The notes under the pieces are model-generated. The model was given only the letters and a program-made list of their open reading frames with translations, was not told where the DNA came from and ran no database searches. DNA of 61,466 nucleotides, counting the filler, from Sphacelaria rigidula (Eukaryota): assembly GCA_964200075.2 (NCBI GenBank). It is 7 parts of 7 records of this genome, joined end to end, with 100 filler letters (N's around TTAATTAATTAA, not from the genome) between each part and the next. Parts side by side here need not be neighbours in the genome. Positions count along the whole stretch, not along the records: positions 35,182 to 43,876 come from CAXNAA020010354.1; positions 43,977 to 52,671 come from CAXNAA020010355.1; 5 more parts are not named here. One strand, written 5' to 3'. This document shows positions 37,334 through 48,226 of this stretch, one piece after another. Position 1 is the first letter of the stretch. Each line of letters opens with the position of its first letter. The position numbers were made by a program, and so were the translations under genes.

Positions 37334-38136
37334 CACCTGCGGTGAATTACACGTAATCTCGCCCACGTGCAGGATACATGGGATGGCAAGCCACAACACA
37401 CACGCACGCATGCACGCACGCACGCACGCACAAACAGTAGCTACTGGTATTACAGGGATGTAAACGACAGGCATACCAACCCTTACTTCAGCCGGCCGCC
37501 GCTTGGTACATGGTGGTAGTGTCACAAGCGGTGTGCAGCAGTACGGTTTGTGCCATACCGCACACAACAAAGTCAAGTGACATAGCAACATTCTTGGTAC
37601 GTTATACATAATACTACCGAGTTCGCAATCGGTAGCGGGCACGGCGAGTATGAAACGATACGAATAATCAATACAGCCAGTCCGGGCGACACTGTGCTAT
37701 TTCATACTAGTGGCACTGCCGGCGAAAAATTACTGCTCTTTACTGTCCCTGGTCCTACGGTTATGAAAAGGGTGCACGGAGCGCTGCAGTAGCTATGCTG
37801 CTGCTACGGTACTATACATAACACCATGCATAGCTACCTTAGCACTGACTGTACTACACTTGTATGCGAGGAATGTGTGCTACATCACTGACTGCAGCAT
37901 TGCGGGTGCGGTGTGCGAGAAGTGTGTGAAGAAACGTCACTTTCCAAACCGAAAAAAGTCTCCGGGAACTGATGGCTTCTCTCAGTAAGATTTGGAAAGG
38001 CCTCGCTGTCTGGAAACGGCTGTCATTTTCTCGTGAGTTTATTCATGAAACAAGTCGTTCATGATCACGTTCTGAAAACGTCTCTGGAAACTGATCAGAA
38101 CGACTGTTTTCAGTGACGTTTTTTAGTCTACAATTA

Positions 38137-38577
38137 GCGGTCTTGTGTACAAGAAATATTTTATTTTCAAAAGTGCATTTCTGGCGCTTCTCCGTCGTTT
38201 TTCGCCCGAAAAGAGGGCTAGGCGCATGTTGACACCTTGAGGTGACTTGCTGTACTCGTTGAGACCGTTCCAGGGCACCTTTGCGTTTTCCACAAGTCAC
38301 AAGTTCGTTTTGGACCAAAATGCATTTTCGGTAACAAACGGTCAAGTCAATGAAAAATCAAGGGGAAACTGCCATTCGTTATTGAAAATGCAAGTTCGGT
38401 CCAGAACGAAATTGTGACCGGCGAAAACCGCAAAGGTGTTCTGGAACGGTCTCAACGAGTGCAGCAAGTCATCCCAAGGTGTCAACATCCGCCTAGCACT
38501 CTTTTCGGGCGAAACATGATGTAGAAGGGTAACAATACGCTTTTCAACATTGATTTCCTCATACATAAGAAGTGGCC
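38137..38577. mobile_element. Foldback MITE with ~210-bp arms
   Basis: 38137-38346 is the imperfect reverse complement of 38368-38577, which ends gaagtggcc. Confidence 0.8.
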
Positions 38578-38581
38578 ATAA

Positions 38582-39821
38582 GGCTATTTTTTTTTTAAAT
38601 AAGCTATTAAAACACGCGTTTTCTGATGAATGACAACCTTCCATTCATTTTGTGAGCAGAAAACGCGTTAGTTTATCGGAAAAAATCTGATAACATTTTC
38701 CGACAGCTCAAAGTTATAGAATATTCTGATAGCTTCGGGGTATCGAAAAATGATGTTGCGAAAGCATTTAAAATCCCCCCGCAAGCCAAGACAATCTCCA
38801 CCCCACGACAGCAGCCATGATAGCTTGGCTGCCATCACCACTGCTGTCGCTGGTGCTCGCGGGCAGCCAGCGTGTTGCCTCATTGTTCTTCGCTCGCCAG
38901 TATCGTGGTGGCCCTTCACCCCATGAGAAAAGCACAGGGCGGGGTCGACGACGAGTGCTGTACGAACACTCTGTATGTTGTTTGCACAGTAGTGTAGCTC
39001 AGTTCAGGTCTTTGCAAGCAGCGTGTTGCCAACAGCACTCACAATGCAGCACAGACTGCTCATGCACCCAAGGCTTGTAGAGACAGGACCGCACTGACTT
39101 CACGCAGAAGACCGCCGTAAAAGTAGTGCGGCTGCTGTAATGTCTACAAGGCTTCGGTGCGTGGGCAGTCTGGACTGCATTCGAGTGCTGCTCGGAACAC
39201 GCTGCATGTACAGACCTGAACTGAGCTACAATACTGTGCAAACTACAGAGTGTCTGTACAGCAATCCTGCCCTGTGCCGTTCTCATGGGGTAAGGGCCAC
39301 GACGCTACTGGCGAGCGAAGGACAATAAAGCAACACGCTGACTGCCCGTGAGCAACAGCCGCCCGAGTGGTGATGGCAGCCAAACTATCACCACACCCAA
39401 TGCATACAATACAGCACTGTGTGTACTGTTGTCCGTGCTGTCCTTTCAGTCAGCTACTACCGTGCAGTGAAAAAGCACAGCCGTCACTTCTACAGTCAGT
39501 TAGTACGGTAAGGCGGTGTTCTTATTGATCGCCTTGCGTCACGCAGCCCACCATGTATTGCTCAGGCAATGTATCACAGTAGGGCGTGCAGATAGTATGG
39601 GCCGTACACCATGACACGACAGCAGAGTACTGCGTCTCTCTCGCGCGCCCCAGAATTTGAAATTATGCCAACACACCTCATAAAGAACGATGAGCGCTGC
39701 TTTTCCCATTTGGATAGTGCGTCGATCACGGAAGAAGGGCTACTTTGAAAAATTCTGTGGAAAATCGTGTTGTTGAAAACCGGCTTTTCTGATTGCGTTT
39801 TTTTATACGTAGGAAGTAGCC
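38582..39821 (+). mobile_element. Non-autonomous DNA element (GGCTA...TAGCC) with internal ~270-bp-arm palindrome
   Basis: Co-linear with 8115-8670. Internal inverted repeat ~38818-39085 vs ~39140-39390. Ends gaagtagcc. Confidence 0.75.
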
Positions 39822-40035
39822 GGCTACTTCTGTGTCGGAAAAAATATCTTGTTGAAAAGTGCTTTTTTCGCCCTTCTCCGTCCTTTCTCGCCCGAAAAGA
39901 GAGCTAGGCGGATGTTGACACCTTGGAACGACCGGCTCTACTCGTTAAGACCGTTTCAGAACACCTCTGCGTTTTCCGCAAGTCGCAGTTTTGTTTTTTG
40001 CCAAATTTGCATTTTCAGTAACGAACGGTCAAGTT
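39822..40035 (+). mobile_element. Single arm of the 38137-38577 foldback family
   Basis: Starts ggctacttc and matches 38137-38346 directly. Followed by a LINE-tail-like piece ending ttaatgtaaagacaatcacaacaac (~40150). Confidence 0.8.
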
Positions 40036-40330
40036 ATCGAAACTACGAGGTGGGCCAGCTGACAGTGCCTTCTGAATGTTTCCGGGCCCGACTGTGGGTA
40101 ATTCGAAGAGTTAGGTTTTTTAATGTAAAGACAATCACAACAACAATAACAAAAATGCGCGGGAATTTCGATGCGACATTTTTATCAACGACACGCGCAA
40201 CATTTCTCGAAATGCCTCAAAAACAAAACAAAACAGCAACTTAGAGCGATTTAAAGTTTCAGCAAAGACTGGGAGAATGCTATAACTCCGTGAAAATGAA
40301 GAAATACGGCAGCCTCCCCAGAAATATTGC

Positions 40331-40813
40331 ACACCCTGGACAATACATGTGTTATATATATATATATATATTACCCGCTCAATACGTCGACGCGTCGGGT
40401 GGTCAATATATATTGGGCGAACGATATGATGGCACGAGAGAGAGTCAATATATATATATATATATATATAATGCCATCAATATATCAAGGCTCGCGACGT
40501 GCAAACTATTTCGAACGAACAATATATCACGACACGCGCCACCTGAAAATATTTTTGCCGAGTAATATGTTGCTGCGGTAAGGCACCAATATGTATTTGT
40601 GGAGTACTATATTGGCTGCCACACGAGGTCAATACGATTCACTATACTCAACACCCGAAGCGCCAATATATATTGCCGCCCCAATATGTCGTGCGTCAAT
40701 GTGTCCAATATATATTGGGCGGACAATACACGAGAAATCGGACGGTCAAAATACATATTGGTGTAGCAATATATATATATATCGATTTTTAACATGTAGA
40801 TTGGAAAGGGTAT
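40331..40813. repeat. AT-rich element built from caatatatattg palindromic motifs
   Basis: Repeated caatatatattg and (TA)n tracts. Degenerate ends acaccctggacaatacatg / catgtagattggaaagggtat. Confidence 0.5.
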
Positions 40814-40928
40814 TGGAATAAGTATCGTGGGCAGTTTTATGTTCGCGGGCGCCGTTGAAAGATGTATCACTACATGCCGAAAACGCTCGATATATTCCTC
40901 CGCGAGCGTGTTCAATATATATAATATA

Positions 40929-43803
40929 CAAGGTTCCCCTTCGGGAGGTTGGTACGGGCCTCCCGGGGGTGACGCAAGTCGAAAATATATTGTCAAGTCT
41001 TCCACGATTTTGAAGAGACTTTTGTGGTTCGGAATCGACACCCCGCGAAAAAGGGCCAGTTTGAGCGACTTTCGGTGGCCAGAACACGCGCCACAGGTAT
41101 CAGATGGCGCCCCATAAACCTGAACGGTAATGTATCGCTGAACCTTCTCGGTGCTGCAATGGGACGTGTGGGAAAAAATGCCTTGCCGTTAGAGAAACCT
41201 CGGTAAGAGCTGTGAAAAATGTGAAATGATCACACCCTGGACAAAAGAATACACAGTCAAAAAGTGTACTGCGTACAGTATCGACTATTGCTCCTAATAG
41301 ACAATAGTTTCCATACTGTACGCAGTACATTTTCTTACAATAGAACCTATCACACCTGAAGTGAGTACCTCTACAGGCGATACCAAGATAGGTATCGCGT
41401 AGGATGACATCATTCAGAGTGTACCCAAAACGGATAGATGCTTATTGTTTGCTGGGGCAGGAGCCACCCAGCAGGTCATGAGGTGGAAGTGAGTGCATCT
41501 GCGTGTCCATATATGCATTCACTGACGTCTCACACAGTCTGGGCCGAGCGGAGTCCGTTTTGAGGGCGTATCGATGGCAATGCCCAGAATCCGTATTCAC
41601 TTCGTGCGTCTGGCGCTCCACGTGAAACGTGCCGCCGATCCGGGAATATGCTGTCTGTATTGTGGTCTACCTCTGTGCCAATTTTTAGGCTTGTTCGTTA
41701 AGACACGCCGGAGAAATTCACAAGCAAAGTAAAGCTTGACTTGTACTGAAAATACAGTACTAAGCCGTCGAAAGATACATGAGGTGCGTACTTGTATGAT
41801 TCTCCGTGTCATCCCTGTCACAAGGAGAAAGCCGTCAACCCTGTCACAAGGATATCCCTGCGCCTGTATTTTACAGGTTCATCCAACAGGTTGCATGATC
41901 ACAGAGATTTCGGCACCCCCCTTTGCTGGTCAATACAGGTGATCCACAGTGGGGACGTTTGCCCACTTGTGTGCCTTGTTCAACTCGTCAAAGGCTCACC
42001 GCACGGTCTGGTGTTTGCTGCTGACTAAGGCCAAGGCAATGTTCAGATGTTCTCAACTGCATTGCCCTCATGTTCTCATGACATTGGCGGCATAAGCAGT
42101 GTACTCGTGCTCCCAAATAGACGACAACGCGACGAAGAGAAACACGGGGAGGAAATACCCCGCCAACAATCATCCTGCTTCTTGAAGGTTCTCATGAACT
42201 TGGGAAGGCGGTTGTGGTTCGGGATCAACACCCCGCAAAAAAGATCCAGTGTGGGCGACTGTCGATGGCCAGAACACGCGCCACAGGTATCAGATGACAC
42301 CCAAACCTGGAAGGTAATGTACCGTTGCGCCTTCTTCGTGCACTGCAAAATAATGCGCGTGATGAGATGCCTTGCTGCCAGCGAAAACTCGGCAAAAGTG
42401 CTGAAAGTAATGAAATGATACCTGTACATATATATATATATATATTGGCTGCACAACAGCTATGCGATGAGCGTGCGCAATATATATCGGAAAAACAATA
42501 CTTTTACATGGTTTGCGTTCAACATATATTGTGGTAAATTACTATATGTACATGTATCATTTCACTTTTTTCACAACTTTTGCCGAGTTTCCTCAGGCGG
42601 CAAGGCATCTTATCACGCGCTTTCTTTTGCAGTGCACGAAGAAGGTGTAGCGGTACATTACCTTCCAGGTTTGCGTGTCATCTGATACCTGTGGCGCGTG
42701 TTTTGGCCATCGAAAGTCGCCCACACTGGCTCTTTTTTGCGGGGTGTCGATCCCGAACCACAAAGGCCTCATCGTGGAAAACTTCGAACAGGAACCCGAA
42801 CCACAAAAGCCTGTTCATGGCGGGGTATTTCTTTGCGTTCTCGTTGATTCGGGAGTATGAAGACAGCGGTTGTGTAGCGAATGTCACGAGAACATGAAAG
42901 CAAAGCAATTGAGAACAATTGAACATTGCCTTGGCCTTGGTCACCAGCAAAACCAAGACCGTGCAATGAGCCGTTGGCGAGTTGAACAAGGCACACACGT
43001 GGGCAAACGTCCTCACTGTGGGTCAGCTGTTCTTGACAAGCGTAGGGAGGTGACGGAATCCCTGTGGTCATGCAACCCGTAACAGAGAGTCCGCTAAAAG
43101 GATGCACCTGTGTAAATTACCGGCGCAGGAATGTCACAGGGATGACAGAGGTGTCTTTGTGACAAGGATGCATCCCTGTACAAGTACTTCACCGAGGGGG
43201 CTTGAAGAAATGTACGTAAACAATGGTTGATGCTATGGAGATGCCACCAACCCTAACGCTAACCCTGGCACTAACATCGACCAAGGCATACCGAGGACTC
43301 TCGGGCAAGGGGGGTGCAGTTTCGTACCTAAGCGTGCGTTGCGAGAATTCAAATCGACGCCTTTCGAGAGCTCAAATCGACGCCTTTGAGCCGATCTTGG
43401 ACCAAAACACGTTCTGGACGACCTGGTTCTACTGTTCACCACTGCTCACCTGCCCCAAATCACGATTTTTCTTAGAACTCTTTTTAGTCTGAAACCAAGT
43501 CAAATCGAGTACCAATCGTTGTTTATGTACATTTCTTTAGGTGTACCAGTGTCGCACTACAGGCGAGTGCATATATGCATGCGCGGATGCATAAACTTGG
43601 ACATGTTGAGAGGCTGGACGGCCGACGCGGTAGGAAATTGGCACCGGTGGTTCACCACTTTTGCCGAGTTTTCTCTGCCAGCAAGGCAATTTTCCCCACG
43701 CTTTCTTCTGCAGCACACTGAAAAGGCATACGAAGTATATTCGATACTTTCAACTTGCGTCACCCCCGGGAGGCCCGTACCAACCTCCCGAAGGGGAACC
43801 TTG
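40929..43803. mobile_element. 2.9-kb non-autonomous TIR element, 51-bp perfect TIRs, TA flanks (Tc1/mariner-like)
   Basis: CAAGGTTCCCCTTCGGGAGGTTGGTACGGGCCTCCCGGGGGTGACGCAAGT at both ends in inverted orientation. TA on both sides within a TA-rich tract. No transposase seen. Confidence 0.9.
41785..43190. repeat. Internal diverged inverted repeat, ~640-bp arms
   Basis: ~41785-42430 is the reverse complement of ~42543-43190, with an AT-rich spacer. Confidence 0.88.
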
Positions 43804-43876
43804 TAATATATATAATAATATATAATTGTAAGGAAGGCGTATCGCTAGAGTAGTCAGAGACCTATGGGGAGAGACT

Positions 43877-43976
43877 NNNNNNNNNNNNNNNNNNNNNNNN
43901 NNNNNNNNNNNNNNNNNNNNTTAATTAATTAANNNNNNNNNNNNNNNNNNNNNNNNNNNNNNNNNNNNNNNNNNNN
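43877..43976. other. Artificial contig spacer
   Basis: 44N-TTAATTAATTAA-44N. Confidence 0.99.
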
Positions 43977-44596
43977 GGGTTGCTCTTTCTTAAGTTGCGG
44001 CAGATGCCGAGGCTGAGCCGCTTCTTGAGTTTGTCTGAAATTTGAGGCTGATTTTTTTACTGACACACTTCTTACTAGCGGCCCGGTACGGTAGTCGATC
44101 AGTGGACATGCTTGACTGCCGACCAGGATGTGCGGTAGAATGTATATGTAGCGTTGTTGTTGGATGAAATGGATAAGAAAGAGAGTGACTTCGTACGGCC
44201 AAGATCTCAAGATAGTAAACACACGCACTTACGCATGTCCAGTCACTACTATCACGGTGCGTCATCCCATGTAGTTTCATCATAATATTTCATCAGCAAT
44301 CCCAAAGGTATCCCAACATTTCGAAACTTGGTCACCTGTTCCGATAACTACGGGATCAACCAAGGATCAATCAAGACTCTCCGACTACCTCAGTACTTCT
44401 TCACACACCAAGACAAAAACAGGGATGCATGAGCTGTGTGTGTACCACACTATAGCTCCTTCAACACAGGCAAAGCGCAAGTCGTGTTCTGAAACTGTCC
44501 TAGGCCATGCTCTTGGGAACAGCGTGAGAGTGGTTTCTACTTGATATTCGAGCGACCTGCATTACGTATGCGAGACCAAGCTCCTAGAAAAAATAT

Positions 44597-46326
44597 CAGG
44601 GCTCTTTACGTTACACGTTACACGTTACACGTTACACGTTACGTCACAAATGTGACGTAGAAAATATTTCACGTTACGTCACGTCACACTTCATGAAGTC
44701 TTGAAAAGTGTACGTTACGTCTCGTCACATTTCTTTACCGGTACGTCGCGTTACGTCACTCTTGTAACGTCTCAAAACGTTATACATTGCGTCACGTCAC
44801 GGTAATGTGTAATGAAACGTTTGCTGTGACGTGTCACGAATAATACACGTTACGTTTGTGGCGTATGACGTATTTTGAAATGTTTATTGTGCCGCGTAAC
44901 GAATAATATACGTGATGTTTGTGACGTGTAGCGTAAAATGAAGCGTTACACTTCGACCGTGTTGAGGGCAAATGAACGCTACGTACGACGCTGTAAGGTT
45001 TCATGTGCCGTAACCTTGGTACGGGAGGTTCACGATGGCTGGCTTGTTCGAGCATGAGGCGCGTTTTGCTTGCTATTTTGACGTTTAACAATGCGTTTCA
45101 GCTAGTGTATCGCTCATGCGGCCCCGACTCGCACGTTGCAATTTCAAAGGAATACATGGGTAGGCTATGGATGCACGATAATCAGATAGTAAGAGATACC
45201 AAGATACGCCCAGGCCATGATGTACACATACAAACGCAGGTATGTATAGATCATACGTTGGTAATACCTGGTAGTCGATTGGCATTCCGGTAGACACCCA
45301 ATACATAGCAATCAGATTCAGTGTTGCCATACTTGATTGCTCACTGAGCAGGGCCTGTATACAGAAGATCTCTTTATATATATAATACACATCAACTGAT
45401 GATCCGGTACGAATCCAGCCGCGTTCGCAGGGCGGACATCATGAAAGTAGAATCACATGATGACTCATTGTATTAAGAAGAAAGACAAAACTTACACAAA
45501 ACCGTTGAATAGAGAAGAACGGAAGAAAAACAGAAAAACGAAACAACACCAACATGAGAGAACAAAACAAAACCAACTAAATGAGAAACAAACCAAGTGA
45601 ATGAGAAACAAAAACAGAACAGCGGTGGAGCCACCGAATTTTTCCACGAGGTCACATACTCGTGTTACCCTTCGCACCTCTGCAAAGTCACAAGGTCTCT
45701 GATTACTTCGTAATTCTTCTATTGCCGTGCCATACTCTGAAGGGGAACTCTGGGCCGCGCTCATCGTTACGGTATCCTGGGCCGCGCTCTTTGTTTCGTC
45801 ACACGTTGCTCCCGCTCCGTCTGTGCTATCAAAGCCGGAAATTTGAAACTCGTGCTTTCGGATTCCGATATTCGCTCCTTTTATGGTTGGGTTTGGTGTG
45901 GCGGTGCATGCTGCCGTGGCGCTAAACTTGCGCTTACATAGCGTGCGTATTACGATGACGAATGCGCACTCCTCTTGCACCCATGTATCATATCGTATGA
46001 CTATCACATATGCTAATCTCACACTAATTATGGTACAAGTCGAGCGTGTGACGTTTGTGACGTTCATTCAGACGTCACGAACGTATAATGTGACGTGTAA
46101 TGCGGAAAAGACGTCATACGTTGCAATAAACGTTCCTAAATAAATACGTCACGTCACGTCACATTTGTGACGTCTTGAAACGTCAAACCACACCACATTT
46201 TTTTCACCGGTACGTTGCGTCACGTCACATTTGTGACATTTTCGAAAAACATACGTTACGTTACACCCTGTGACGTAACGTTTGTGACGTGTAACGTGCG
46301 TGTGACGTATACCGTACGGAGCCGTG
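44597..46326. mobile_element. Non-autonomous hAT element
   Basis: TIR CAGGGCTC..TACG / CACGGCTC..TACG. 8-bp TSD aaaaatat/aaagatat. Dense GTTAC/GTCAC subterminal repeats at both ends. Internal purine-rich piece (~45475-45640) resembles the RTE 3' UTR at 21700-21915. Confidence 0.88.
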
Positions 46327-46577
46327 AAAGATATGAACACACACAGTACAGTGGACAATGTTTGAAACTCGGATCACATGTTCCCAATTCATAGCGAGTG
46401 AAACTCACTTCATAGTCAGTCAGTCGCGTACAGTACCAGAATCAAGTTTATAGAATCCAGAGTCCGGCACACAGTACTTCCTACGACAGTGCCAGTGTCA
46501 TCAAATTAGGTTCAAAACTCAGTACTCCATACTACAGTGCCTACGTTACTAAACCAAGCCAGACACTCACTACTTTT

Positions 46578-48226
46578 CACACACGGCCATTTGGCTCCTG
46601 CTTGGCAATCCTCTATCGTAATTTTCATCCTCTGGAGGGTGAATGGACCCTCTAGAGGTTAAAATGCCCTCTACAGGTGTTTCATCCCTCTGGAATGGAC
46701 ATAAACGAATCATCTGGAGGGCATCTGATGCTCCAGTGACTTCTGAGGTCTGAATACTCTGTAGGGATGTTTCATCCTCCTGGAATCGACATCAACGAAT
46801 CCTCTGGACGGCATCTGATGCTCCAGTGACTTCTGAGGTCTGAATACCCTGTAGGGATGTTTCCTCCCTCTGGAATCGACATCAACGAATTCTCTGGAGG
46901 GCATCTGATGCTCGAGTGAGTACTCCTCGAGTCTCCCGAATCAGTCCGATATATACATGACCATATCGCTGCTGCTGTAAAATGCATACCCCAGCAATCT
47001 TCTGGTACTTTATCACCCGCCGCATAAAAAAAATATCGAACCATGCAAACCCCGCACAACACCTATTTCCGCAGCTACCACCACAACCCTGCAGGAACTA
47101 AGAGCACGCGTTGGGCACAGGCGCGGCGGCGGAACCACGCGGGGTGCATAGAATGCGGAGGATGACCGGGTGCCTACACACTCGAGTAATCATGCACACT
47201 GCTGCAGCCATAGACAAAGCTGCGCACGCTGTTCAAGTCATTTGCACGTTTCACTGTGAAGAGCAAACATTTATAGTCCTGTGCCGTCTGTACTGTACTT
47301 TGTCCGCTTCCCTTTCACGCCCTACTGACGGCAGCTGTGCGCATGCTGCAAGAACACACGTCGTGGTCTATGCTGCAGTAGCTGAAGGTATATAACACCC
47401 TCATATACGCAAAGCTACAGGCGTCCGCTCTGTATAGCTATACGTAGCCCATATGCCACGCTATAGCTCTGCAGTATATTGCACCGTACGTGTATAAGCA
47501 CGATATATAGTATACTGTCCTGCGCGGTATTGTACAGTCCAGTATACACAACACCAAACCGCGTGCCTATTCTCGCGTTGTAATCGTCATACCAAAGTAC
47601 ATGCATGAAAAACATGTTTTGCGGTTTTTGTTCGATTCGTCGACTATGGACTACGGGGTTTTGAGAACCTGTATCCATACAAGAGTGAGGTGTTTCCTTT
47701 TGTACACACATACCCACCGTCTAGAGCTGTGTAGCGCGGGCGTGTTAACATACATTCTTATGTGGGACTTGAACAGCAGAGGCTGCTCGTAAATAAGTAT
47801 TTCCTTTGCCCGCAATTACAGGAAGAATTGATGGGCACAAGGCAGATTTGTTTCGGACAGCTTTTGCTCCACAAGTTCCACCTACCAGTGTATTTGGGAT
47901 TTGTACAGCAAAAGCCGTTCGAGATAAATCCTTTGCTTTATGCTCGACGTCGGGCATGAAGGACTTATTTCTAACAGCAGAGGTTGTCCGAATTGCGTTT
48001 TCCATAGCATGCGCGTGCCTTCAAAAACAATCCAAACGATTTCGGTACTGAGGCACACCTTCGAGGGAGACCCCAACCTGGAGAACCCTCTAGAGGATTA
48101 CAAATGTCCAATACCCTTCAGAGGAATACAAACGCCCAATATCCTCTAGAGGGCATTTTGAAAACGGACGCTAGGTAGGGTTTCGTTTTACAAAATCCTC
48201 TACAGGTAGCCGAATGGCCGCGTGTG
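46578..48226. mobile_element. Non-autonomous TIR element with CCTCTRGAGG subterminal motifs
   Basis: ~20-bp imperfect TIR cacac(a/g)cggccatt(t/c)ggct. Motif clusters at both ends. TSD not resolved. Confidence 0.7.
46678..46912. repeat. 90-bp tandem repeat, ~2.6 copies
   Basis: Units start at 46678, 46768 and 46858 (tgtttcatcc...). Confidence 0.9.

Noticed and set aside
46678-46912. CRISPR-like array or 30-aa repeat protein
   Set aside because: Whole units repeat with no unique spacers and no cas genes. It lies in a TIR element subterminus.
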